Shown piece after piece: positions 51,000-64,000 of a stretch of 64,000 nucleotides of DNA. Position 1 is the stretch's first letter. Each line of letters opens with the position of its first letter. Source of the DNA: Camelus dromedarius (lineage: Eukaryota). Made by a program: the position numbers and the translations under genes. The notes under the pieces are model-generated. The model saw only the letters and a list, made by a program, of their open reading frames with translations, searched no databases and was not told the origin of the DNA. The stretch is from NCBI RefSeq assembly GCF_036321535.1, contig NC_087436.1:71798001-71862000 (forward strand), read 5' to 3'.

Positions 51000-51385
51000 A
51001 ACAGTAACATTAATAATTACACTGTGCTTACTATATGCCATAGACCATTTTAAGTGCATTATATGTATTAACTCATTTACTTTTCACAATAATCCTAAAA
51101 GAAAGGTACTATTAGATACTCTTATTATCTCCATTCCACACACGTGGAAACTGAGGTACTGAGAGATTAAGCAACTTAACCAATTTACTCCCCACTAAAC
51201 TAAGTTAAGGAGATAAGATTTGAACTGACGCACTTAGCTCCAATTGAATCTGTCCTCTGAACCATATACTATACTTCCTTCAGGTGATATAATCCTCATT
51301 TTACAGATGAGGAAATCAAGTCTCAGACTGTACACAGAGTTATATAGCGTAGATGGCATTCAAACTCATATAGTCTGACTCCAAA
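51000..51385 (-). mobile_element. MIR SINE copies
   Basis: gtgcttactatatgcca, ggaaactgaggtactgagagattaag, cattttacagatgaggaaatcaag. Confidence 0.75.
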
Positions 51386-53364
51386 GGATGTGTGAAATTA
51401 ATGGAAAACAAATGATATTAAAAATAACCTCTCCCCTCAGTCCATATGCAATGCTTACATTTATGTATGGGTATGTCTGGCATTTGGAGGCTTCTCAAAC
51501 AAAACAATGTCCATTGTTACGACACAGCTTATGAAGAATTAGCAAACCTGCTCTTACTGTTTTCTGACTTCCAGCTCCAAATAAATTGTTTCTTCTTTAG
51601 ATTAAGAGAAGTCATCAACAATGTTTCTCTTTCTCAAAACTTTTTCCAACATAAGCAAGTAAAGATAGGTATCTCATACGTTGAAGTATTCTTTAGTCTC
51701 ATAAATCAAGAATAGACTTTCTAACTTTGACAAGATATCAGGCCACCAAGGTTCAAGTCAATCAAATCATTCACTCTCTCCTTCCCTCGTTCTACGATTA
51801 CACGGTGCTTCTACTTTCTGACATTTACTGTTTTCACTAATAACTATGTGATTATGGCTTTCTTGCGGAATTATAAATGGTTATATACCATTTATCATGT
51901 CTCTTCCTTACGAATCACAAAGTTGATGAAAGCAGGCAACAGTTCTTTTGCCAATGTATACCCAGGACCAGCAGAGTCTTCGACACAGAGCATGTACTTA
52001 AGTATTTGTTGATTAAACAACAAATGCATGAATAAAGGAATCATCTGATACCCAGTTATGCATCCTAACCCCTTATTATTGCTACCACTAGGAATTATTT
52101 CCGATGACAAAAACATTTCTTTTGTGACTATTATCTTTAGGTCACTTAAATAAGATATTAAAAATATTAAATATAAACAGAATCTACATTTGAGAATTTC
52201 TATAATTCTCTGTTATACAGTAAAATAATTATTTCCTTCTAATTTTATATTCTGGTTCTTTTGTTAATATGATGATCTACACCACAGCATACGATATTCT
52301 GGGTAAAAGGGTGAAAGAAGATTCATATACACCTGCCATAAGACCCTACATCCAAAAATTAAGTCACCTTCTTTCTAGTTCAACCTCAATTTCTAGGCAA
52401 AAAACCCTATTTTCCCATTTGCCTAAAATGGATTTCAATTTTTTTTTTTTGCCAATGGCAAAGCATTAAAGTGTAAACAGTAATTAATGCACTAACTATG
52501 CAAACAAATGTAAACCAACACATGTAGGTAACTTAAATCATAAAGAAAATACTTATTAAAATAAGAAGATTCAAATGTCCAAAGTGAAGAGAAAAGCCTC
52601 CCATAAAAAAGGGGTGGTGGGGAAGGACAGAAGAAGCTCAATAACTGCCAAGAATAGATGAAGGAATCTTCTAAAATTTACAATTTTATTTAGGACCAGC
52701 ACTGATTTCTCTGAACAAGGAACAAGAAAACCAAACAAACACACATACAAAGAAATATGTTGACAAACAAGAAATCCTATTTTGTATGATTTAAAGTTTT
52801 GTTGATGTTTATTCTCCCAAATAAAACTTTTATTTTCAATCAAATATTCCTTGTAAAGAAGTTCCATTCCCATCAATTTTTTTTTTCTACTTAGGGAAGG
52901 GCAAGATTTTTCAAAACCAACATTTTCAAACAAAACAAGGAGAAATAACTGGCTGCAGCATAAATTTAATTATTTCACCCACCTACATAAAAACAAACTA
53001 CTAGAAAAACAAAATATGAAACAATTTCTTGTCTCAAAAAGCATGAAATGCAGTCATTATAATATGTCTATTTTTCTCTTTTCTACTTTGTAAGTTAAAT
53101 TTTAGCAGAAGCGTGAAATACCCTGGACCAAATGAGATACATAAATGAGATACAGATATTAAAGAGTTAAACAGAATTTAAATTAAAAGGCTAACACAAT
53201 CTGGTCAAATTTCTGATAGCCTTTATATGTTATTAAAATAACACTATCCCCATGAATTTACCTTATATTTCTCCTAAACCAATCATGCCATAATATGACT
53301 GAGGGTTCTAGATATATGTTTAATGTAGCACAGTAATATTCCTTTCATTACCATCATAGGTTAC

Positions 53365-53900
53365 TTTTTTTTTTCCCAACTATGGTTTTTATCTATAATA
53401 CATATACATGGAAAAAACACTCATGTATAAAAGAGAATACAGGGAAAAGTAAACCTATCTCTCACAAACCCCTAAAAGGCACAACTAGTTAGGGCATTCT
53501 TCCAGAAATAACCTACACATATTAATACAAATGGAAGTATATCGTACATACTTTTCTGCGTCCCTATTTTTTAAATTTAATACTCCATGATAATTATTTC
53601 AGATTAGTATGTGTACCTCTCTCTGATTTTGATAGTTGCTCAAATTTTCACTAAAAAACTGTACGACGATTTATTCAGTCATTAATTCCCTTTTCATGGA
53701 CATTTGTGTTGCTTCAGTATTTCATAATGCTGCAAGGAAAATGCCTAATTAAGGGGCACATACCATCTGCACATGCCTGGATAGAACTGTATGGTACATT
53801 TCTTGAAGGGTATATGCATTTAAAACTTTGTTACCAAACTGCCCTCTAAAATTGAATTAATACCCTGACAGTGAATGAGACTACCTGCTTCCCTGCAAAT
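53365..53900 (-). mobile_element. Old L1ME-like 3' end
   Basis: T-run start, tggacatttgtgttgcttcagtattt, gggtatatgcatttaaaacttt, ccaaactgccctctaaaa. Confidence 0.6.
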
Positions 53901-54424
53901 AAAAAGTATTAATAATACAAAGTCTATCTAAAAAAACCCAGATCAGAAATCATTATCAGTTTCAAAACATGTATCTAGCTTTATTCTTACCCCCTTCATC
54001 ATTTCCACTTTTCAAGGAATTTCAAAGAGAGTTACACCTCCTCTTATATAACTTCTGCCTCCTTATCAAAAAAATCACATTCATTCCCTGATGGATAAAG
54101 AACTTATTTACCTAAAAAAAAAAAAAAAAAAAGCCACAATGCAGATTCTATCTATATGCATGCAATTAAAGAAGAGAGAAGAATGGAGAGTCAAATAATC
54201 CACCCTTTTAAAAAATCTACTTCTGCTAAATATGGATTTCCATCTAAGCTTACTGGATTCTTTAAGTTAGTAAACTGTGACGTTTCTGTCAGAATTTAGT
54301 ATTTTAAGATCCAGAATTCTTTGGGTATATACTCACTAATCTAAATCAATAAAATACTTTTGAGTATGTATTTGTTTGCCTTCTACATTTATTTCAAACT
54401 TTTCCTTTTTAAAGCATAAAATTC

Positions 54425-54587
54425 ATTTTTTTTTAATTGAAGTATAATCTGTTTACAATGTGTCAATTTCTGGCATACTGCATAATAGTTCAGTCATATA
54501 TATACATACATATATTCATTTTCATTGTAGGTTACTACAAGATATTGAATATAGTTCCCTGTGCTACATAGAGTATAAACTTGTTTA
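54425..54587 (-). mobile_element. Short L1 3'-end insertion (artiodactyl-type)
   Basis: poly-T plus aattgaagtata...caagatattgaatatagttccctgtgcta; 15-bp TSD taaagcataaaattc / taaagtataaaattc (54410-54424 / 54588-54602). Confidence 0.85.
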
Positions 54588-57500
54588 TAAAGTATAAAAT
54601 TCTAAATTCTTCCATCATTATTGAAAAAAAATGGAATGCAGACTAAGAAGAAGATAGGGCCACATATAAGCAGCTTTTGTTAAGACAAAGAGCACTCAAG
54701 AGCTTCTATCTCAGCTTCTTGGCATACATTTCAGGTCTGATTTTGATAATATTTAAAAATAAGAATGATTAAACCTTCACCAGAACCTCCAAAATAAATG
54801 TTAACTGTTTGGACAGGCTTCCAGCTATGTACAGGAAAACCAAAAAGGCTCAGGTAACAAAGGATTAAGTAAGGATGTATAAAATTGTTAACTTCATAAA
54901 TAAAATCAAAGGCCATCCAGAGGTGAATTCTAAATGTGAGGGAGGGTATTTATTGGTTAAATAAATTTTCTCAAGGCTAATATTATAAAAAGCCCTAATA
55001 AACTTCTTTTTTGAAAGATCATACTTAGCATTTTGATCATTCATTTATATAAATATTTACTGAGTGCTTACTAGGTGACAAGCTTTATACTACACAATGG
55101 ATATAGAATGACAAAGTTAGTCTACCTTCAAGAGTCTATAATCTGGAAAAACTTGATCCTGATTCTTGACAAAGTTTAAAATCAAAATCCTCAATGATTT
55201 TTTCATCTCCTCTGATATGTAGTTCCTTTCCATTTTTCTTTAATCCAACTAATGAATAAAACCCCAAACTCCACTTAGAACAGTACAAAAAGTATTATTA
55301 TATTTGAACAAGTATTTCGTCCAATGTGTCCTATGGGTAAAACTGAATACAAATATAAGTAATACACTAAGCAAGGTAAAAAAGCTTTCCCTCCTTTCAC
55401 ATCTCTAATAACAGTTGTGTCTATTGGACACTTCCATTTGTTGTCTCTACCCATGATGGGTCACACCATGAATTCATTCTTTTCTAGTATTCCCAAAAGG
55501 CTCTATGTATATAAAATTGATTAGATATTTATTGTTTTTAGAGAACACTCACCTCCCAAATTTGTACAACACTTCAAATAAAAATAAAAACAAGTACATA
55601 TATAATAGAAATAATGTATTTCAATGTTTTTTTTTTTAATAGGCTAAAGAAACTGATAGAATGGCACTCTCAATTTGGTCAGCAACCATTACCTGTCTTC
55701 TGCTCCAAAGCAACAAGTATCTACCAACAAAAAGAAATACACCCCCTACACCCACACCAACCCCCCCACTACCCACCAAAGAGGTGGGGAGAGTAGAAAG
55801 GCTGGGGGAAAAAATACAATTATAAGAGAAAACTTAAGTCCAAAGCCAATTTTTTTGAGTCATCAATTTCTACCACCCTCCTGAAGGACAACTGTCCTAC
55901 TCTAGGAGACTTAAGAAACAGCTCCAGGTAACTCATTTAAGATAGTATCAAAGGCATGGGAAATAATCAGGATGTAAAAACCACCCAAGTAACCATGCAA
56001 TCTCAACTCCTTCTATGGTTGCCTGATGGTCTGGAATTGCAGACAACAAGCTCCAATCAGTCTGGTTTCTCATAATGTCTACTATTTCTAGCCTAATCTA
56101 TTCATGATAAATCTTGGATTCTTTGCCTGCAAGCAATTACTGCAAGTACTTTTTCTGACCCATAGTTCCATCTCCTAAGAAATGTACTACATTAATTGTC
56201 TATATCCTCAAAAGGCTAGGTCAAAAATTGCAAAAGTGTCTCACAATAGTTTCTATGCATATAAAATTGATAAGATATTTATTGTTTTTAGAGAACATTC
56301 ACCTCCCAAACTTGGAGCACCATTCCCTTTTCCACTAACTTGAGCCTGACCAGAGATAGAGGATCTTCAGGGGCTGTCACAAAAGGAGAATCTCAGAGCA
56401 TAACTGTGACGTTTCAAATATAGATAGGATTCCAACACAACCCTCATAACACACACACACATAAAGAAATACTGATTTCATTCAATGTAACTGTGACTCT
56501 TTGGTCATCATAAGGATGTTTCACAACACAGCAATATTACCATTACTTTCAACTTCCTCCACAAATTTCAGATATCCAGTTTTACTATCAAATCTCCAAC
56601 AAAAGCCAACACAATATAAGAAAACAGAAGTTAATATAAACTTTTCATGTGTGTAATAGATAAATACTAGTATGTTTTATGAAATCACTAGTATGTTTTA
56701 GGATATCAAATTTAACCCATATTCATATCTTTCAACAGCTCCCTCACAAATTTCTTAAGAGCCAACTAATTTTAGAATTACTTAACAATTCTCATCCTCT
56801 TCAAGAACATACATACCAATGTCTCAGTAAAGGTAGTTAATATTGTTTCAAGAGTAGGCACTGAAAAACTAATCACTTACAAAATGTTTAAAAGCACGAT
56901 TAACTGCCAGATATAATTTTATACTTAATACTTGTTTTTGTATGTTCAAGTAAACCACTTCCCTCTTATACCAATTCCACAATTTCCAGTCAAGTGCTTT
57001 GTTATTTTAAGGGTATACATTTGTAAAACTTGTTTTTTGTTTTTTTGTTTTTAACATTCCAGCTTGCTTAGAATACTATGTATAATTTAAGCAGAATCAT
57101 TATAGGTAAAGTACCTAGGTCTTAGCATCTTTTGCAGCTTACACTTTTAATATTTAAAGTCATAAAATAGCACAAGATTTTATGATTTTTAAAATCAAAT
57201 CTGAAAAACATACAATTTGAAATCTGCTTCCCAAAAAATGTTTATGATGCTACACTCCTAAAGCTAAGCTAAGCAAAAAACATTTTACCTATGTACAGTA
57301 GAAACAGGATGCTAGCCTATTTTTAAGTTGAAGTGGCATCAAAATAAAACTTCTTTCATTCAACATATATTGTCCAGCTAGGGACATAATATGAGTTCCA
57401 TGTTTAGAAGGCTTTAAAAAAGGCCATTTCTATGTCCATCTTCCTTATTCCAGAAGATATACCCTGCCTCCAGTAGCTGTGGCTCTTCTTGATCACATGA

Positions 57501-58029
57501 CTTTCTTATGGACAAACCAGTAGGTAATCCCAGTACGTAAGAGAAAATGTCATCTTATTTAGAGGCACTAGCGGGAAGAACTCAGAATTTTCCCATACAC
57601 CCGAATTTTTAATGATAAACATTTTTTTAAAAAAGAATCACAGAAAGGATTCAGGAATTTACATACAAAATAAAGAGCGTATGCCAGTCAATAATTATGC
57701 ATCCTACATTAAAATATTCACATTTGTATTCTATGCAACTTTCCAATTTCCAGGAGTTAATTCTCATGTGTCCCCCTATTTCTACCTCACATAGTTTCTA
57801 AAATTCATGTGACCCTGGAATGTCAATTTATAAGTAAACTTTATTACCTTAGTAGGTAAATGCAGCACATCTGCAATCTTTTTAACATTATAAATGCAAC
57901 GCATGAAAGCGGGTTTTTTAAAAAGTTCAAAGGCCACAAAGGCAAGAGATGAACAATAAGTCTTTTTTGTTACTCGCCTGCGTCAAAATGGCAATACATT
58001 GTTACATTAACAAACATCTAATGTGGTTA

Positions 58030-59950
58030 CCAGCTTAACTTCCAATGTCACTTTACTTCTGTTGCTTGATTTATCAATTTATGTGCTATCTATGGACTTA
58101 GCATTGAAAAATGAACACTTGCTTCATTGTTTTCTACTCCTAATTTTATAGGCTGTATTATTTTTACATTATAAAAGTTTGTAACTATACTCCTTAACTA
58201 CTTCATAAATATAATTATGTTTATTTTATATATCTTTTAGGTTGATTCTAAAAACTAAAAATTAATTAAGTGCATTTATAACAAGACTATGTAAATACTA
58301 ACCACTGAAGGAAATGTAATTTTATATCATTTGGACATTATTGGTTTAAACAGAACTGTCCATGTATGCTTAGAGTAATGACATTCTTGAATTTTCTTCT
58401 AGTTTTCTTTAGTTTTTTTTTGAAGGACCAGACTGCCTCTGTAGCTATTAGTTTCCTTCCCCTGACATTGACCTACCACTATATCCTCTATCTTGGACTG
58501 CATTTTTCATTGCACTATAGTATCTTAAATATTTTCATATAAGGTACATAGTTTTTCTAAGCGTAAAAATGTACTCATCCTCATTTGATAAAGAGTATGG
58601 TTAAGTATAAAAAAATTAGGCCCAAATCTATTCTCCCCCAAATGGTGAAAACACTGCTTCACTGTCTTCAAGCACTCAGCATGGCTGCTTGCAGAGTCAG
58701 TTATTTGATTTTCCATTTTTTATTCCCTCTCTCTGGCAGTAATGGAGGATTTTCTTTTTATGCTCAGAGTTCTGAACTTTTACCAGATGTGTCTAGATGT
58801 AGATTGATCTTTTTCCATTCATCCTGCATGGTACTAGATGGGTTCTTTCAATGTGAAATTCATTACCTTTCTCCGACACATGAAATTTTCTTCAATTATT
58901 TCTTCAATAGTTTTCTGCTTCCCACTTTCCTGTTCTGTACTTCTAGAATTCACATTTACGGATGTAAAACTTTGTGATGTATTTTCCACATCTCTTTTTC
59001 TCTCAATTTTTCCAGATCTTTTTTTTTTTTTCTTCTTCATATGCACAGAGCTCCTCCTCTTTAGTTCCAAATCAACAACTAAGTCTTGATTCAGGCTAAA
59101 CTGTTATTTAACCCAGCCATTAAAATTTTTCTTCATAATTTTCAAAATCTTTTCTGTTTCTCTGCCCCCTTTTCAGTGAAACTATGATTAATCATTATAA
59201 CTTGTTGTTAAATCTTAGTAAAATACATATTACAGTTTTTCTTTGAAGTTTTCTTCTGAATTATATCTGAGGTCAGTTGTTCTTTTATTCATTTTAATCC
59301 TCTTCCATCTTCATTCTCCTCACTTGTCTGATTATCTCCATCTGTTCATACTTGCAAACAAAAGATTACTTTAGAGAGTACAGGGAACAATTATGGGTTT
59401 TCTTTGAGGTTGTTCGGGATTGTTTTCCAAAGTGGCTTTTCCCTTAAATGGGAGAGTAGTAATATTTAAACAGGCAGGCAATATAGATAAGCAGGCATCC
59501 CAGAAAGGTACCTATACAGAAGTCAAGCTTGCTAGGATCCACCAACGGCTTTTCTCTGAAGAGGAATGCTCCAGTGCCTCTGCGTCTCTCAGGTTTCAAC
59601 ACCACAGATGTCCCACTGAACTGCTAGTCTACTTTCTTAGAAGAGAACAGTTCTTAGACTTCAGGCCTGAGGGCAGGCACAACTGCTACCAGAGCTGTTT
59701 AGACTGGAGAAAGGGCAGGAAGGAGGCGAACTAACCTAGCATTTTGAAAAATTATTCTTTAAAAAATGCTTGATTATTATCCCATTGCCCACAACTGTTC
59801 TTTGTATTTGTTGGCTCCAACCTTGGAGCCTTTCTCAAGTTCCCCTAGGAAAACCTGAGCTTACCTCTGGTATCTTGAGTTACAGTTTCCTCTGAGATTT
59901 TGCTGTCAATCCGATCCCGTGAATTTTTATCTTCTTCAAAATTCCTGGTC
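58030..59950 (-). mobile_element. Ancient L1/HAL1-type element (ORF1 remnant)
   Basis: Minus-strand ORF 58834-59070 contains TIEEIIEENF, typical of L1 ORF1; T-rich on the + strand; boundaries approximate. Confidence 0.6.
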
Positions 59951-59964
59951 CTCTGATGGTACCT

Positions 59965-60300
59965 GTAGTGGACTGTGAACTGTAATTTTACTGCTCAACA
60001 TGCTTTTTCCCCACCCCCTTTTTCTAGTAACATAATCCCTCTTGTCTGCAGGGAAAATATTCCATGTGTTTTGGGTGGAGGTGAGTCTTCCCAGCCACCA
60101 CTGGGGTGGCCACAGGACCCAGGTCTGGCTAGAATATCCCATCCCTATCTCCTTTGGCAGCCAAATTTGCCTGGCTGAAAATAAAACTAATACAGAGGAC
60201 AAGAGAGACTAAAATGTTGAAAAGAAAACCAGCACTGATGATATTACTCAAATCTGGGCTTATCCATGCCTAAAGCTGGAGCTTTTTTCCATTTTTCCTA
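59965..60300. mobile_element. Old MaLR (MLT1-type) LTR fragment
   Basis: tgtagtggac start, cccttttctagtaaca, acccaggtctggctagaat, ccatgcctaaagctgg. Confidence 0.5.
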
Positions 60301-63300
60301 CACATATCCAAGCACACATAAAGTTACAGAATTAATGAGGTCCTTCTGCTCCTCTTTAACGTATTTTGATCAATGTAATAACATCTGTTCCTGCTTTTCA
60401 AAACTGACTTAATTCAACCTTTAAACAATGTAAGTGGGATACTGGGAAGGGAAGGAAGTTAAAGGAATGTACTCACTCCACCATATTTAGAAGAAAAGTT
60501 AAGGTAATAACTGTAAAATAAGCCTCAAGGAATAAAATTAAAGCTTTATAGTTTGGTGTTAAACATATAATGAGGAAACAGCTGTAAACTTTATTAAGCA
60601 CATCTTATCGTTCTGTAAGATATCCTTCATACCTTTAGGGGAAGAAAAAGCAGATATAAAAACCAATTATCTCTTAACACATTTTTTCTCTGAGTCAAGA
60701 TTTCAATGGTTTCAAAAAGAATAAGGGGGGAAAGGCTGGTAGTGATTTAAAATGTTCTAATCTATTATTTATCCAAAGAAAACTCTCTGATTATATAGTG
60801 GCAACCTTTGGAAGAAAATTTCTTTAGCTTTGGTGTGATTATTTGCGTAGAGTTATGGAAGGGGTTGTTTACTTTTTAACTTTACAGGTGATAAAAAGGA
60901 CAGAAGGGCACTGAACTTCTCAACAGATAAAAGATGAAATCCAGTACTCTTCACCCAAGGTAAATAAAATAATCCATGGTTCATTGACCTATGCCTCAAA
61001 AACCCTATGATCCTCCTGAAACAATCTGCAAAATGCTGTACGTATATATTTAAGTACATTGGGGGGAAGAACAGGTCCATAGATTTCATCAGAATCTAAC
61101 TAAAATCCATGACCTAAGAAAGGTAAAGAAAACTGCTCCTGACTGAAAAAGAACAATGACAACTTCATTCAAGAATTACATGTAACAATTAAATACCCAA
61201 AAAACTAAGTAATGAATAGCTCCAACATATAAGACAGTGTGCTAGATAAACAAGCTATCTTCATATTTTAGAAAAACTGTTAGAAAGAATTATTAGCTTC
61301 AACACGGATGAAGAAAGTGAGGTTAAGTAGTAACCTTCCCAAAGTCACATAGTGTTAAAGCAGGATTCAAAAGCAAGTTTCCTAACTTGACTTTAAATTC
61401 TTTCCATGTGTTTTTTTCCCAGGAGAAATATTAGAAAAGAAATACAAATACAGTGGGTTATTTCATAATGGAATGTAATTTTACATCAAGCAAAGAAATT
61501 GCCAAGTATTTACATGCCTGGAGTTTAATGAAATTGGAATCTGACGCTTCTTCCTAATTGCCCTTTGATTAAGATTTTCAGAGAAATTTCTACTTCTAGT
61601 AGTGAGGTCAGGAGGACATTAGTGTTTAAGATGTTCAAGGCTTAACATTCAAGGCTGTCTAAGCTAATGAATGGATCCTTTTGCTATTATTCTGTTCTGG
61701 GCTACATGGGAAACAAAATGAAGTTGCTCATGCACGGAAGACAAAAAGCTGCAACACCAAGCTCATGTTTTTTATGTCTTAGCATACAAGATAAGAGGAT
61801 CTGGTGGTAAGACTAAAGTAGGTAAGAATTTCTACATATGAAAAGATCTCCCACATACTAAGGCACATTAACAACTTAAAACATATCCCAGAACTAGGAT
61901 CTGGCCAAGAGAACTCAGTACAAAAGTTTGAGTTGAAGCCAGAAAGCTGGGTCAAATAGTGGAGAGGATCTGAGACTTTACAGTGGTAATATTGGGTAGA
62001 GTGAAAAAAGAAAGGAAGGAAAGGTATAAGTGAAAGAATAATCCACAAAGCCAATTAAGCATGTTTTAAAGGTTCTGAGATTTAGAGAACAGCATGGTCA
62101 AATCTTTGCTTTGATACTTTACCATTTTATCTAGAACCACTGAATCACCTGCTAAGCTCACAGCAGAGAAGTCACAGAATTATGATTTGCTTCATCATTC
62201 CCACAAAAGGAGATAAAAGAGTAAGAAAAGCATACTGCATTTCCCATTACTCTTATCTCTCCCTCTTTATTAACAATATGATTAAGGAGCAAATATTTTT
62301 AAACTATGGGGAAATTTAAGAATATATTCTATTTAAATACTAAAAATCTAATAAATCCAAAATGTAATCCTAAAAGAGGATCTAGCCCACATAACTTTCA
62401 TTTATGGCATCTTCATTATAGAATTCTACTTCCTATGCTAACACTGGCTCCACCTAAAATAAATTAACCCACATACACAATTACAGCCAAAGAGTTTTAA
62501 TGGCAATCTATGAATTCAATAAAATAATCAAATTAAATGGAATTAGGAAGGAAAATAAAAGTCAGACTCTTCTAAATTACAGATTTTAAATTGTGTTTTT
62601 TAAAAACAGCAAAGATATTACTAGTCAGTAACGCCATTTTCACAAAGTAATCTGTTCTTCCTCAAACTTCAGTTTTAAACACTAATATGGAGACTGCTAT
62701 AGTTCACAAATGTTTTCACGTAATTATCGCATCTGACCCCCAACAAAAGAAGAAAGTATTGTGATGTCCCTTTGGTGTGAGACTGAGAGATTCAGCTTGC
62801 ATATCACATTTACTTGACAGTATGAATTAAGAGATGTAGTAGGGTCTAAGACAGCATTCTTCTCACTTTACGTTTTGAAAACTTACTATAAAAAAGAAGT
62901 CATTTACAAGGTATGCGTGTTGATTTGATGTGCCAGAAAAGGTGAAGGATAGTACAGTATTCACTCACAACTTACGAAATCCATCTCAAGATCAATCACC
63001 TGAATTTTCCCAAGAGGGAGTTAGAGAAACAACAAAATTTAACAGAACAGAGCAACGCTAACTAACTATACTCCAATAAAGTCTTTTTTGGGGGGGAGAG
63101 GATGGGGAGAAACAGTCTTATAATCTGGTGTTCTAATCAACTCTTAAACATACCAAGACTATTACTACTTATGTATAATGATCCAGGGGTAGGTCATAAA
63201 TTAGAAAGAGATGTCATTCACACAGACCTGTAAAGAGGACCTAGACGCCAGATGAAATAAGGTAGTAAGCTTTACAATTTATACAAAACATTTCTTGAGC

Positions 63301-63324
63301 AATTACTAGGAGAGACCATAAAAG

Positions 63325-63580
63325 AGCAGTAGGGAGGCAGTGAACTATAGGAGTTAAAAAAGCAGACTGCCCACGTTTATATTCCATTTCCATCATTTAC
63401 AGTGACTCTGAGCAAGTTATTCTTTTCCTTGGTTTTTTTTAACCATAAAATGTGGATCATAGTATTATCTAACTCTTAGAGTTGTTGTGAGGGCTAAATG
63501 AGATACTATACACAAAGCAAATAGAACTGTGCATGGCATATCATTAAGAACTCATTAAAATATTAGTTGTTGAGGTTATA
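63325..63580 (+). mobile_element. MIR SINE
   Basis: gtgactctgagcaagttat...aaaatgtggatcata...gttgttgtgagggctaaatgagat...tggcata. Confidence 0.75.
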
Positions 63581-64000
63581 ATTACCCAATGTGCTAACTG
63601 TTATGAATACCTTCAGGGAAGAGGTGATACTTTACTGACTCTTAATGGATAAATCAGTCAACAGAGAGTGACGTAACAGAAAATAGGTATTAATGGGGCT
63701 TGAAAGCTGACATTTGACATAGCACATTTTAAAACATACTAAAATACTACAAAAATCATCATAGTTTAAAAAGTACGGCATTCATACACATAATAAAATG
63801 GGAGTTAGAAAAGACCCATGTACTTTTAGTCTAGCACTTTCATCACCGGTGTATATCCTACCAAAATACAGAAATACACACAGATAAATATCAAAAAGAG
63901 TCTATGGCAGTACTGTTTGTAATGGAAGAACACTGGGCACAACCAAAATACTGTCTATAAACAATCAAACCAGGGAAGTCATGATACCTGACAAGGGATT

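Noticed and set aside
58585..59089. 130-aa and 83-aa + strand ORFs
   Set aside because: Antisense to a decayed L1/HAL1 ORF1 remnant; low-complexity Phe/Ser-rich translation.
1..64000. CRISPR arrays, operons or other prokaryotic systems
   Set aside because: The sequence is mammalian intron; no regularly spaced repeat-spacer array or long ORFs were seen.

Overview
AT-rich mammalian intronic DNA, probably camelid (inferred from the short tRNA-derived SINEs and the young L1 3' end). It carries the 5' part of ANKRD17 (MASK2) on the minus strand: an alternative first coding exon (49404-49457, MVETAAEMEAYVLEDILE), exon 2 (8903-9056, 154 nt) and exon 3 (2496-2652, 157 nt), all with GT-AG boundaries and compatible phases. 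The canonical exon 1 should lie beyond the right edge and the ankyrin-repeat exons beyond the left edge. The rest is intron filled with L1, L2, MIR, MaLR/ERV LTRs and hAT/Tigger fossils; repeat family names come from my recollection of consensus sequences, not from a search. Three observations stand out. (1) A ~380-bp mitochondrial 16S rRNA fragment splits a Charlie1 transposon and has a short A-run and a ~16-bp target-site duplication, so it looks retrotransposed from RNA. (2) A ~420-nt hairpin-dense segment (44311-44732), sense to the host gene, ends in an H-box/hairpin/ACA+3 arrangement, suggesting an unannotated intronic H/ACA-like RNA. (3) The alternative first exon has two tiny uORFs and encodes a near-duplicate of the peptide motif that opens exon 2.
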